64,000 bases of DNA from Escherichia phage vB_EcoM_VR26: the sequence record NC_028957.1. One strand, given 5' to 3'. Positions within the stretch are counted from its first letter, which is position 1. Each line of letters opens with the position of its first letter. Shown here in pieces: positions 49,660 to 59,203 of this stretch. A program made the translations under genes and the position numbers. The notes below the pieces were generated by a model. It was not told where the DNA came from, searched no databases, and saw nothing but the letters and a program-made list of their open reading frames with translations.

Positions 49660-52600
49660 ATGGCTACTTTAAAACAAATACAATTTAAAAGAAGTAAAAT
49701 TGCTGGTGTCCGCCCAACCCCAACTGTATTGGCTGAAGGTGAACTCGCAATTAACTTGAAAGACCGCTTGTTATTCACAAAGGATGATACCGGAGCTATT
49801 ATTGACCTTGGTTTTGCTAAAGGTGGCAATATCGATGGTAACGTTATCCATAAAGGCAATTACAACCAAACGGGCGATTATACCCTCAATGGCACATTTA
49901 CCCAGACAGGTAATTTTAATTTAACCGGAATTGCTCGTGTAACTCGTGATATTATTGCTGCAGGTCAGATAATGACTGAAGGTGGCGAACTGATTTCTAA
50001 GAGCGCTTCTACTTCACACCTTCGTTTCTTTGATGGCGATGACCGAGAACGCGGTATTATCTTTTCGCCAAATAATGCGGGTCTTACCAATCAAGTAGTT
50101 AATATTCGTGTCCAAGACTACGCCGCTGGTAGCGAAAGCACCTACGCGTTTTCAGGCAGTGGCCTATTTACTTCACCAGAAGTATCAGCATGGAAATCTA
50201 TTTCTTCGCCACAAATTCTTACCGATAAAGTTATTACCAACGGCAAGAAGGCAGACGATTATGACATCTATTCGTTGGCTGACAACACTCCTTTAACCGA
50301 AAGCGAAACAGCAATTAATCATCTTCGTGTCATGCGTAATGCCGTTGGTTCTGGTATTTTCCATGAAGTTAAAGATAATGATGGAATAACTTGGTATGCT
50401 GGTGATGGGCTAGAGGCCTATCTATGGTCGTTTACATGGTCTGGTGGATTGAAAGCGGGTCATTCCATTTCTATAGGCACCCCAGGCGGCCCCAAAGGAT
50501 ATTCCGAATTAGGAACGGCTTCAATTGCCCTCGGTGATAATGGCACCGGATTTAAATGGCATCAAGATGGATATTTTTTTACGGTAAACAACGGTACAAA
50601 AACTTTCCTTTCCGGTCCGGCGGAAACTACTAGTCTTAGAAAAATGGTTATGGGTTATTCTGTAAATGGTACTGATTTGACAACGCCGCCGGAAGAAAAC
50701 TATGCCCTGGCAACTGTAGTTACTTACCATGATAATAACGCCTTTGGTGATGGTCAAACCCTTTTAGGATATTATCAAGGTGGTAATTACCATCACTATT
50801 TCCGTGGTAAAGGTACTACAAACATTAACACCGCCGGCGGATTGTTAGTTACTCCAGGTAATATTGATGTTGTTGGTGGTTCGGTTAATATCGACGGACG
50901 TAGTAATGCTTCTACTGTGCTTTTTAAAGGAAATACTATAGGACATAGTTCAGTTGATAATATAGAGCTCAAAGTTTGGGGCGATACTTTTGCTACTGTA
51001 GGTGGTACTCGCAAAAACGTAATGGAAACATCTGATGCTACCGGCTGGATGCAGTATATTCAGCGAACTACAGCAGGTAAAGTCGAATCTTATTTAAACG
51101 GCGCGATGAACATCGTCGAAGGATTAAATGTAGGTCAAGATGCATCCTTAAAACGCAATCTGTACGTTTCCAATGAAATTAAAGTTCGCGGTTCTAGTGG
51201 ACTTCGTATTTGGAACGATAAGTACGGCGTTATTTTCAGGAATTCAGAAGACCAACTACATATTATTCCAACTAATATTAACCAAGGCGAAAGTGGCGGA
51301 TTAGGTCCATTACGTCCATTGAGTATTACATTAGACACTGGTCTGGTTAAAATTCCCAATTTGGCAGCTGGCCAGGTTTCTTTTAGTAGTACAGGCGTAT
51401 TGGAATTTCCCGCCGGTAATGGCGGCTCTTATGCCAACCAGAACACGGCTAAAGCCCCACTGTATCAAACATTAGGTTCGTCGTCGGCTCAAGCATTCTA
51501 TCCTATTACTAAGCAGAAAAATACTGTTTCGAATGTAACTGTTACTCAAGGTATGGACCGAACTACAAGTGAATACCGAATTGTTGCTCAAGGCGATTTG
51601 CTTGGTGATGGTGATGCTACTGGATTAAAATACTGGCGCTTTACTAAAGAAGGTCACTTCATAACTCAGAGCCGCTTATATGCTGGTACAGCATTCTTGA
51701 ACACTGACGGTAACATTGCTGGTTCTATCTGGAACAAATATTCTGGTTCCACTAACCTTGATGCAGCAGTGAGTACTCGTGTCGGTAAAAGCGGTGATAC
51801 AATGACCGGAAAATTGACTATTGAGGCTCCGGGTGATGCATTAGTATTGAGAACAACCACAGGTAATAGCTCGCATATCCGTTCTGATGTAGGTGGTACA
51901 GGTAACTGGTATATAGGCAAAGGCGGCGACGACAATGGTCTAGGTTTCTACAGTTACGCTACACAAGGTGCTATATACATAACAAATAATGGCGAAATAT
52001 CTCTCTCTCCTCAAGGTCAAGGAACATTTAATTTTAACAAAGACCGTATTCATATAAACGGTACACAATGGACTGCACACCAGGGTGGTGACTGGGCCAG
52101 TCAATGGCGTCAAGAAGCTCCTGTGTTTGTGGATTTTGGTAATGTCGGTAATGATAGTTATTATCCTATTATTAAAGGAAAATCTGGTATTACTAATGAA
52201 GGTTATATATCTGGTGTAGATTTTGGTATGCGCCGTATCACTAATACATGGGCCCAAGCTATTATCCGTGTTGGTAACCAGGAAAACGGTCATGACCCAC
52301 AAGCTGTCTACGAATTCCACCATAGTGGTACTTTTTATGCCCCTGGGTTGCTCAAGAGTAGCAGGGTATCAGCAGGTGGTGGTGACCCCGCCTGGTTAGG
52401 GCCGTGTATTGTTCTTGGCGATAATGACACAGGTCTAGTTTGGGAATCTGATGGTGTCTACAACCTTTATGCAAATGGGCAAGGTGTATTCAGTATTCGT
52501 GCTGGACTGGCACAAACATATGCTAACGTAGCGTTAAACGTCAACGCTGGGATGTATGTTCGAGATAACATTGATGTTAACGACGTTTATATCCGTTCTG

Positions 52601-52917
52601 ATATTCGTTGTAAGTCAGAAATTAAGCTTATTAAGAACGCTCAAGAGAAATCTAAACTCTTAGGCGGCTATACTTATCTGCTTAAAAACTCTGTTACAGA
52701 CGAAGTTAAACCATCTGCAGGTTTAATTGCTCAGGAAGTTCAAGAAGTATTACCTGAACTTGTTTCTGAAGATAAAGAGACCGGCTTGCTTCGTTTGAAC
52801 TATAACGGTATTATCGGTTTAAATACTGCTACTATCAACGAGCATACTGACGAAATCAAGGAATTGAAATCTGAAATTGCCGAATTGAAAGCATTAATTA
52901 AATCATTGATAAAATAA
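49660..52917 (+). CDS. 37: long tail fibre distal subunit gp37 with C-terminal intramolecular chaperone (peptidase S74-like) domain
   Basis: 1085 aa; last ~109 aa (YIRSDIRCKSEIK…GLIAQEVQEVLPELV…LNYNGIIGL…, nt 52588-52914) match the auto-cleaving intramolecular chaperone signature. Confidence 0.9.
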   Translation: MATLKQIQFKRSKIAGVRPTPTVLAEGELAINLKDRLLFTKDDTGAIIDLGFAKGGNIDGNVIHKGNYNQTGDYTLNGTFTQTGNFNLTGIARVTRDIIAAGQIMTEGGELISKSASTSHLRFFDGDDRERGIIFSPNNAGLTNQVVNIRVQDYAAGSESTYAFSGSGLFTSPEVSAWKSISSPQILTDKVITNGKKADDYDIYSLADNTPLTESETAINHLRVMRNAVGSGIFHEVKDNDGITWYAGDGLEAYLWSFTWSGGLKAGHSISIGTPGGPKGYSELGTASIALGDNGTGFKWHQDGYFFTVNNGTKTFLSGPAETTSLRKMVMGYSVNGTDLTTPPEENYALATVVTYHDNNAFGDGQTLLGYYQGGNYHHYFRGKGTTNINTAGGLLVTPGNIDVVGGSVNIDGRSNASTVLFKGNTIGHSSVDNIELKVWGDTFATVGGTRKNVMETSDATGWMQYIQRTTAGKVESYLNGAMNIVEGLNVGQDASLKRNLYVSNEIKVRGSSGLRIWNDKYGVIFRNSEDQLHIIPTNINQGESGGLGPLRPLSITLDTGLVKIPNLAAGQVSFSSTGVLEFPAGNGGSYANQNTAKAPLYQTLGSSSAQAFYPITKQKNTVSNVTVTQGMDRTTSEYRIVAQGDLLGDGDATGLKYWRFTKEGHFITQSRLYAGTAFLNTDGNIAGSIWNKYSGSTNLDAAVSTRVGKSGDTMTGKLTIEAPGDALVLRTTTGNSSHIRSDVGGTGNWYIGKGGDDNGLGFYSYATQGAIYITNNGEISLSPQGQGTFNFNKDRIHINGTQWTAHQGGDWASQWRQEAPVFVDFGNVGNDSYYPIIKGKSGITNEGYISGVDFGMRRITNTWAQAIIRVGNQENGHDPQAVYEFHHSGTFYAPGLLKSSRVSAGGGDPAWLGPCIVLGDNDTGLVWESDGVYNLYANGQGVFSIRAGLAQTYANVALNVNAGMYVRDNIDVNDVYIRSDIRCKSEIKLIKNAQEKSKLLGGYTYLLKNSVTDEVKPSAGLIAQEVQEVLPELVSEDKETGLLRLNYNGIIGLNTATINEHTDEIKELKSEIAELKALIKSLIK

Positions 52918-52947
52918 TAAAAGGGCCTTCGGGCCCTGGAGGTTTAT

Positions 52948-53748
52948 ATGGCAGTAGTAGGAATTCCTGGTTGGATTGGGACTTCAGCCGTCGCTGAAAC
53001 CGGGCAAAGATGGATGTCAGCCGCTTCGAGGGAACTTCGTTTAGGAAACCCTTCATGGATGTCTCAATTCGCCGGCCGCTCAAGAGAAATTATTCACACA
53101 CTCGGAGCAGACCATAACTTTAACGGGCAGTGGTTTAGAGACCGTTGCTTTGAAGCCGGTGGCGCACCTATTGTGTTTAACATCACAGGTGATTTAGTGT
53201 CTTATAACAGGGACGTTGCGTTATTCTTTATGAATGGAGATACTCCTAACGAATATGTTACTTTGAATATTCATGGTGGAGTTCACATGTGGGGACGCGG
53301 TGGACATGGAGGTTGGACCCACTCCGGCGGCGACGGCAACGGGCAGTGGGGTGGTGATTGTATTGTTAACCATATAGGCACCCGTTTACGTATATGGAAC
53401 TATGGTGTTATCTGTGGTGGTGGTGGCGGCGGTGGCGGTATCGCTTATCGTCCTCACTCCGGCGCTAACTGGCAGGATATTGGTGGCGGTGGTGGAAGAC
53501 CATTTGGCCCAGGCGGAGGTGGTGCTTATTCAGGAGGTGCCGCTTCTTATGGGGGCCCGGGTGGTGGATATAACTACGGTAACGCTCACTCTGGGCAGGG
53601 TGGCGATGCTGGTGCAGCCGGACAAAACGCCTGGTCTGATGGCGGGAAAGTGCTTAAAGTGGGTGTTGGAGGTGGTTCTGGTGCAGCTGTTGCAGTAACA
53701 GCTCCTGCATGGGGAGCAACAGGTACTATCTATGGACCATGGCTATAA
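52948..53748 (+). CDS. 38: tail fibre adhesin gp38, T2-type with glycine-rich motifs
   Basis: 266 aa; conserved N-terminal gp37-attachment region [24 protein letters not shown]…[46 protein letters not shown]; poly-Gly motifs separating variable segments. Confidence 0.88.
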   Translation: MAVVGIPGWIGTSAVAETGQRWMSAASRELRLGNPSWMSQFAGRSREIIHTLGADHNFNGQWFRDRCFEAGGAPIVFNITGDLVSYNRDVALFFMNGDTPNEYVTLNIHGGVHMWGRGGHGGWTHSGGDGNGQWGGDCIVNHIGTRLRIWNYGVICGGGGGGGGIAYRPHSGANWQDIGGGGGRPFGPGGGGAYSGGAASYGGPGGGYNYGNAHSGQGGDAGAAGQNAWSDGGKVLKVGVGGGSGAAVAVTAPAWGATGTIYGPWL

Positions 53749-53759
53749 TACTTTTGCGC

Positions 53760-53767
53760 TATAAATA
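53760..53767 (+). promoter_or_regulatory. late promoter motif TATAAATA upstream of holin gene t
   Basis: Exact TATAAATA 19 nt upstream of ATG. Confidence 0.5.
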
Positions 53768-53785
53768 TCTTTAAAGGAGAAAAGT

Positions 53786-54439
53786 ATGGAACCAAAAGTA
53801 GGAATCTCAATACCCGACCTACTTTTTGGACTTCTTGATAGAATTTTTAAAGATAATGCGACCGGGAAAGTTGTCTTTTCCCGGGTACTAGTTATTGTTC
53901 TATTATTTTTAATGGCGGTAATCTGGTATAAAGGTGATGCAATTTTAGATGCGTATAGGGATGCTTCATATGCCTCGTACACGGAAATGATAAGGCAAGA
54001 CCAAGATAACAGATTTAAAATTGCAGCTATCGAGCAAATCCAGATAGTCCATTCATCAAGCGGAGCAGACTTTACAGCGATATATTCCTTCAGACCTACC
54101 AACCTTAACTACTTTGTGGATATGGTTGGCTACGAAGGGAGATTGCCTGATACAGTTGACGAGAAAAATTTGGGTGGGTTTCCAATAGATAAGACTTCAG
54201 CGGAATATTTGGCGGGGGTTAATGGTAATTATTTTGAATCCAGTAATGAATTTGTATTCTTACCAACAAAGAAAAAAAGCAGCTTCGCATATATGTTCAG
54301 CTGCCCATTCTTTAATCTAGAGAACGTTTACGCAGGTACAGTTTCTTTGTATTGGTACGTTCAGAAACCAGACCTTGGTTTTGATAGGCTTTCTGCTATG
54401 TGTGGACAAGCAGGTCGTACGCTCGGGCGTACACGTTAG
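53786..54439 (+). CDS. t: holin T
   Basis: 217 aa; …DLLFGLLDRIFKDNATGKVVFSRVLVIVLLFLMAVIWYKGD… single TM near N-terminus and large periplasmic domain; matches T4 T as recalled. Confidence 0.9.
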   Translation: MEPKVGISIPDLLFGLLDRIFKDNATGKVVFSRVLVIVLLFLMAVIWYKGDAILDAYRDASYASYTEMIRQDQDNRFKIAAIEQIQIVHSSSGADFTAIYSFRPTNLNYFVDMVGYEGRLPDTVDEKNLGGFPIDKTSAEYLAGVNGNYFESSNEFVFLPTKKKSSFAYMFSCPFFNLENVYAGTVSLYWYVQKPDLGFDRLSAMCGQAGRTLGRTR

Positions 54440-54711
54440 AATCCGGAGGTATACATCATAAGATATCGGTGTATATCTTCGAATCCTTCGTTAAATTGTT
54501 CAATGATTTGTTCAATTTCATCTTCAGATAAACTTTTAAACAACTTGTTAAACGATACATTGTTTAACTCATTCCCATTCTCATTCCTCAATCCCAACTC
54601 ATTCAAAAACGCGATAAACACATCACGCTTCATCGTAATATCTTCCCGGTCGGTTTTAATCAAAATTGAAGTAACGGTAACAATTTCAGAAACGATTTCA
54701 AATTTAGTCAT
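54436..54711 (-). CDS. asiA: anti-sigma-70 factor AsiA
   Basis: 91 aa; …EIVTVTSILIKTDREDI…FIAFLNELGL…FNEGFEDIHRYLMMYT matches T4 AsiA as recalled. Confidence 0.8.
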   Translation of the reverse strand: MTKFEIVSEIVTVTSILIKTDREDITMKRDVFIAFLNELGLRNENGNELNNVSFNKLFKSLSEDEIEQIIEQFNEGFEDIHRYLMMYTSGF

Positions 54712-55023
54712 TTTATTTTACTCAAGTATTCAATAAGACATTCAATTATTCAGTAAGGATATTGTACTATTATTCCTCTGGGTTGTACACATGATTTTCC
54801 ATCTGTACAACATATGTCTGATACATATCTTCAATTGGTTCCTGGAACTTAAAATCAGCTCCAAGGAATTCCTCAAAGCAAGCCTGCTCGTGCGTACGCT
54901 GACCAGTGATGGTGTTCTCTAAGTTATGACTCATAGCCTTTACCCTTATGTTTCTGTTTGCGATTGGATTCTTTAAAGTTTTTCTTCTTGTCCTTATGGA
55001 CAGACGCCTTATTGAAATCGTGC

Positions 55024-55305
55024 TTAGCTACCAGATTGTTCATCATGCAATTTCCTTAATTGATATTCTAAAGAGCTAATAATTTCTTTATTAGTTGCTA
55101 TATACATATCACGCAGGAATGGCTTCAGGCCTTCTCTAACTCTATATGTGTTATCACTAATATCCTTTATATATTCATGCTCTAAAGCATCCCATGCCGG
55201 TTGGTTAACATAAGTTCCCCAGTTTTCTTCCATCATAGTATTCAAACGTTTGATATGATTAATATGGACTTCGATTGCATCAATCTGGAGTTGTTTAAGG
55301 TTCAT
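55024..55305 (-). CDS. hypothetical protein (arn-region)
   Basis: 93-aa ORF between asiA and motA; size close to T4 Arn (~92 aa as recalled) but identity unverified. Confidence 0.45.
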   Translation of the reverse strand: MNLKQLQIDAIEVHINHIKRLNTMMEENWGTYVNQPAWDALEHEYIKDISDNTYRVREGLKPFLRDMYIATNKEIISSLEYQLRKLHDEQSGS

Positions 55306-55772
55306 TAGTAAAGGTCCTCTGAATAAAGTTCTTTCTCACTACCGCCGCGTTCAATACGCACCTGATTTGCATAAGTCGCAATAATCATTGCTTCTTCACG
55401 AGTCCAGTAATTGCTGTACTGGTCAATGAATCCTTGATTATCACCACAAACATGGTCTGACACAAGTTTATCACTTACCTGGTCAAGCACTTCTGCCATA
55501 TCTTTTGAATAATGTCTGGCTCCAGGAATAACCAGAGTCCCACCATCTTTTAGCTTAAAGCGGTTAGCTGCACATACAATCCTGCGCTGATATTTTTCAT
55601 TATTGTTCCAATGAGCAATCTGCCAACAGATTTCCGGGACTTCATTCAAAACATCTTGTTCGGAATATTCGGTGTAGTCACCATAGGCCTGTAATTTAGC
55701 AGCAAGACTCTCTGGAGTCTCACGCGATAAAGCCAGGTCTAATAGTTCAAGGCGTTCTTTGAAGGTTTTCAT
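55305..55772 (-). CDS. hypothetical protein (arn-region)
   Basis: 155-aa ORF with conserved-looking core RIVCAANRF…[12 protein letters not shown]…[21 protein letters not shown]; function unknown. Confidence 0.55.
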   Translation of the reverse strand: MKTFKERLELLDLALSRETPESLAAKLQAYGDYTEYSEQDVLNEVPEICWQIAHWNNNEKYQRRIVCAANRFKLKDGGTLVIPGARHYSKDMAEVLDQVSDKLVSDHVCGDNQGFIDQYSNYWTREEAMIIATYANQVRIERGGSEKELYSEDLY

Positions 55773-56116
55773 TTGATAATCACCTTATAACCATTATATT
55801 TCACGAATTCATGAATTTTATCACCAATACCAATCAGCTCGCCTTTGTCAGAAGAAGCTAATTTGATATCAACTGTTTGACATACACCAAACGAAGTTAT
55901 GGATACTTTTTCTATAGTAATAATCTCAAGAAAACGTGATAACTGCATACCAAACTCAAGAGGAACATTATCAATCTGGAGATGAAGGTTATAAATTACC
56001 TTAATACCATTCACCAGGGCACAGCGCTCATCCCAAGCATTACGTTGTTCTTCAATCAATTTAAGGGAATGGCCTTCGCCATCCCAATTTAGTTCCATAG
56101 GAATCATTTGAACCAA
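55769..56116 (-). CDS. hypothetical protein (arn-region)
   Basis: 115-aa ORF. Confidence 0.45.
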   Translation of the reverse strand: MVQMIPMELNWDGEGHSLKLIEEQRNAWDERCALVNGIKVIYNLHLQIDNVPLEFGMQLSRFLEIITIEKVSITSFGVCQTVDIKLASSDKGELIGIGDKIHEFVKYNGYKVIIK

Positions 56117-56436
56117 CCTTTAACACGTTGCCACAGACTTTTCTGTTGAGCTTTATTAACACCAATTGAGCGAATAACTGGTTGTGATTCCTGATATTCT
56201 TTGTAGTCAGCTTTATAGACTTCATATGCCGCTGGAACAAAGGCACCAATTGCCGCCATGAAGTTCTTGCGAACACCAAACGGAGCTGCTGCATCATCTT
56301 GGCGATGGATAAGATATTGACCAGCTTTGACCTTGACAATAGTTCCAAGGTAAGCGCCATGATACCAAACATCCCAACCCTCTTGAGTAGGTTCTACACA
56401 AGCACGCAGTTCATTAACAATATTCAGCTTATTCAT
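56104..56436 (-). CDS. hypothetical protein (motA.1-like by position)
   Basis: 110-aa ORF. Confidence 0.45.
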   Translation of the reverse strand: MNKLNIVNELRACVEPTQEGWDVWYHGAYLGTIVKVKAGQYLIHRQDDAAAPFGVRKNFMAAIGAFVPAAYEVYKADYKEYQESQPVIRSIGVNKAQQKSLWQRVKGWFK

Positions 56437-56443
56437 AATTTCC

Positions 56444-57052
56444 TCACTTTAAGATGTTAATAACATGTTGAATGTTTTCAGTTGACATATGATTGTCAAT
56501 GTAGGTATTCAATCCACCTACTTTAACGCTAAATCCCACGTCTGTAAACTGTTTTACTATCTTTTGTTCAGTATTATACGCATGCACGCGAATCTGACCA
56601 TCACGTCGCACATCAATCTGTTTTAATGTCTTGACACGCTTGAACTTCACAATCAAATTACTGCGGTCTTCTGAAATGCTCTTAAAGTCAATACCAATGG
56701 ACAACAATTGCTCTTTGATATATTCTGCAGTCGCTTCCATTTCATCAGTCACACCGCGTTTTGTTCTTGTCTTCTTTACTTCCAGAAGGTCAGGATTATT
56801 TTCATTTGCCCAAAGTTCAGCTGCATCCAGAATAAGGTCAACACCCTTTTCTGTAATCATCAAACCATCACCAGAAGCTTCAACATAGTTGTTATTCAAC
56901 AATGTCTGTACGCTATCAATTGATGTGTTCTGCTGGTCTAAAACAACCTCAGGACGAACAAAGTTGTTTTTGTATACAAACACCAGAGCATTAACATCAG
57001 TCTCGTGTAGAGCGTTCTGGGAGCATTTAACGATATAATTTAACTTGTTCAT
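56444..57052 (-). CDS. motA: MotA-like middle transcription activator
   Basis: 202 aa (T4 MotA ~211 as recalled); shared segment …ASGDGLMITEKG… and position between asiA-region and gene 52. Confidence 0.7.
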   Translation of the reverse strand: MNKLNYIVKCSQNALHETDVNALVFVYKNNFVRPEVVLDQQNTSIDSVQTLLNNNYVEASGDGLMITEKGVDLILDAAELWANENNPDLLEVKKTRTKRGVTDEMEATAEYIKEQLLSIGIDFKSISEDRSNLIVKFKRVKTLKQIDVRRDGQIRVHAYNTEQKIVKQFTDVGFSVKVGGLNTYIDNHMSTENIQHVINILK

Positions 57053-57054
57053 AA

Positions 57055-57282
57055 TTATCCCTTAATAGATTTCATGTAATTGGATGCATATGATTGTACC
57101 ACAGTACGCTTCATATGGGAAGTAGAAACAATAACATCAATCGCTTGTTTACGTTCTTCTTTAGAATTTGCCAGTTTGAACATGTCAAAGTAGTAATAGC
57201 AAGCTTCTTTGTTAGATTTGAATTTAGCGTTGATGTATTCTTGACCTTCATTCTGTTGTGCAGTAAACATTTTATTCTCCAA
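57055..57282 (-). CDS. hypothetical protein (52.1-like by position)
   Basis: 75-aa ORF. Confidence 0.45.
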   Translation of the reverse strand: MENKMFTAQQNEGQEYINAKFKSNKEACYYYFDMFKLANSKEERKQAIDVIVSTSHMKRTVVQSYASNYMKSIKG

Positions 57283-57319
57283 AGTTTTTGTGATTCAGTG
57301 TGTAACTCAGTATGGAATC

Positions 57320-57348
57320 ATTATGCATCCGGTCAAGGGGATTGTACA
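57320..57348 (-). promoter_or_regulatory. T4-type early promoter (TGTACA–17 nt–CATAAT)
   Basis: Carries the repeated cassette gtgtaactcagtatggaatcattatgc; follows terminator. Confidence 0.5.
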
Positions 57349-57362
57349 CTACTTTTTAAAAT

Positions 57363-57384
57363 AAAAAAGGACCCCGAAGGGTCC
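57363..57384 (-). terminator. rho-independent terminator downstream of gene 52 (ggaccc-cgaa-gggtcc; U run on minus)
   Basis: 6-bp stem, 4-nt loop, preceded on + strand by AAAAAA. Confidence 0.6.
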
Positions 57385-57390
57385 TAGTTT

Positions 57391-57480
57391 TTAAGAATCA
57401 ATCACTTTGCCAATAACCCAGGCAATCAACAGGCCAGCTACAGCAGCACAAATCACTGCGTATTCATTTTCTATGCTCAT
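57391..57480 (-). CDS. candidate 29-aa hydrophobic peptide coupled to gene 52
   Basis: Manually translated MSIENEYAVICAAVAGLLIAWVIGKVIDS; ATG overlaps gp52 stop (ATGA). Confidence 0.3.
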   Translation of the reverse strand: MSIENEYAVICAAVAGLLIAWVIGKVIDS

Positions 57481-58808
57481 AGAGCCTCCAAGTCATTAAG
57501 GTATTCAGTTTTAACATCAGTTGCCTTCCAGTACTCATGCTCAGCTTTCTTAGCCTTTGCTTCGTCTGCAAGCTTCTTGGCTTCGTCAGAGGTCATATGG
57601 TAGATGTTCATCGCCACTAACTTTTCTGCAAACTCACCATAGATTTCACTTTCTTGCAATTCTTCAATCAACTTCTTACGAGGTTTCCCCTGGATAACAA
57701 CCTTGCCGTCAATCACTTCTTTAATAAAGAAGACTTTCGCCCGGGCCAGTTTAAATGCTGCTTCAGTTTCTTTAATCTTGCTATCAATTCGCACTTGGAC
57801 ATAAGTCTTACGGACATCAACGAAATCGCGAATCAGGTCAAGAGTGTTGGTATATTCAGCCAGTTTGCCTTTGTGATTAAGCACTGTTAAGTTCTGGGAG
57901 AGCTTTTCAATCAGACCAAAGTCTTTCATGATTTTCTCATGGTTCTCTTCTTCAGTTCCATCCAGCTTGTATTCTTTACGGAATTTAATCTTAAATCCAA
58001 AACCATGCTCGCCGCAGTTGTCTTTCCAGGTTATAAAACCTTTCTCTTCCAGCGGGTCCAGGATTTTACTTGTATACTTTTCCAGGTTCCATTGGACTGG
58101 GATTTCAGTAATTTCCATTTGAGTTCTGGAAGTCATTTTGTACGTGCCATGAAGTTCATACTTACCAGGCTCTTCCAGCTCAACAACTTTACCACGGAAT
58201 TCTGGATATTTTACTTTCGGAGCAACCGGCTCACGACCTTCCACGATAGCTTTAACAGCTTCCTTGACGTCCTGGAACGAATGAGGAAGAATATCAGTAG
58301 CGAAGCCAACAGCAATCCCAGAAGTGGCGTTAAGTAATACAGTAGGAATAACAGGAAGATAAAAAGCAGGAGGCTTATGTTCTTCATCAGGATGGACCGG
58401 AGCATATTCTGTATCCTTAAACAGGTTGTAAAAGTTTTTTGAAACCCTTGCGAATACATAACGAGCTGATGATGCTTCTGGCACCATTCTGGAACCAAAG
58501 TTGCCCTGTCCATCAAACATAGGGTATTCATTTTTATATGTTGCGACCAAACCAGAAGTTGCTTCTTCAGCTGATGCTTCACCATGGTGATAACCATAAT
58601 CAGCTACGCCACCTGCGATGGATGCAACCTTATGGAATTTATTCTTATCACCACGAGCCAGGTCTAATGCTCTCGCCATAACAAATCTGTGAACTGGTTT
58701 AAAACCATCAATCATGTTTGGAATGGCGCGACCTTCCACAGTGTAGATAGCATATGACAATGCTTCCACGTCAATAATGTCTTTTAAATCACGTTTATTC
58801 AGTTGCAT
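57477..58808 (-). CDS. 52: DNA topoisomerase II medium subunit gp52
   Basis: 443 aa; GyrA-like N-terminal region …AIPNMIDGFKPVHRFVMARAL…; size as T4 gp52 (~442 aa as recalled). Confidence 0.92.
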   Translation of the reverse strand: MQLNKRDLKDIIDVEALSYAIYTVEGRAIPNMIDGFKPVHRFVMARALDLARGDKNKFHKVASIAGGVADYGYHHGEASAEEATSGLVATYKNEYPMFDGQGNFGSRMVPEASSARYVFARVSKNFYNLFKDTEYAPVHPDEEHKPPAFYLPVIPTVLLNATSGIAVGFATDILPHSFQDVKEAVKAIVEGREPVAPKVKYPEFRGKVVELEEPGKYELHGTYKMTSRTQMEITEIPVQWNLEKYTSKILDPLEEKGFITWKDNCGEHGFGFKIKFRKEYKLDGTEEENHEKIMKDFGLIEKLSQNLTVLNHKGKLAEYTNTLDLIRDFVDVRKTYVQVRIDSKIKETEAAFKLARAKVFFIKEVIDGKVVIQGKPRKKLIEELQESEIYGEFAEKLVAMNIYHMTSDEAKKLADEAKAKKAEHEYWKATDVKTEYLNDLEAL

Positions 58809-58812
58809 ATTT

Positions 58813-58953
58813 TTACCATATCAGTGAATGTACTGCCATTATAGCATCAGAAATAAAAAGCACAACCTGCACTAATGCAAACATAACTCCATAATACAAC
58901 GCTACCAATAAGGCAGCAAGGGCCAACGAGTAGCCCAAGATTTTCTTAATCAT
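58813..58953 (-). CDS. candidate 46-aa small membrane protein (ac/stp region)
   Basis: Manually translated [36 protein letters not shown]…; ATG overlaps upstream stop; ends 5 nt before gp52 ATG. Confidence 0.35.
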   Translation of the reverse strand: MIKKILGYSLALAALLVALYYGVMFALVQVVLFISDAIMAVHSLIW

Positions 58954-59135
58954 TTATTAATAGCCGATTCAAGAAATTTGACTAAGGCATCCAGTACAAA
59001 CCATGTGCAAATAAATCCTGCAAAAAGAGTACTTGGGACCCATACACCTGTAGCAAAAAGAGTCACAGCAACGATAACAGCTACGAGCCAGATAAAAGTA
59101 AAAACTGTTTGCATATTTTCCTCAAGGGCGTCCAA
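58950..59135 (-). CDS. small membrane protein (ac/stp region)
   Basis: 61 aa; two predicted TM helices ([21 protein letters not shown]…[11 protein letters not shown]). Confidence 0.5.
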   Translation of the reverse strand: MDALEENMQTVFTFIWLVAVIVAVTLFATGVWVPSTLFAGFICTWFVLDALVKFLESAINK

Positions 59136-59203
59136 AGACGCCAGTTAATTTCAGATTATGACGATGCCATTGCATCACATGTTCGTTATGGAAATTACTC
59201 ATA

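Noticed and set aside
53402-53698. 98-aa + strand ORF in an alternative frame of gene 38
   Set aside because: Out-of-frame overlap with the gp38 Gly-rich region; an artefact of GGN repeats.
54461-54478. Inverted repeat agatat-cggtgt-atatct between t and asiA as a terminator
   Set aside because: AT-rich stem without a flanking U run on either strand; insufficient for a confident terminator call.
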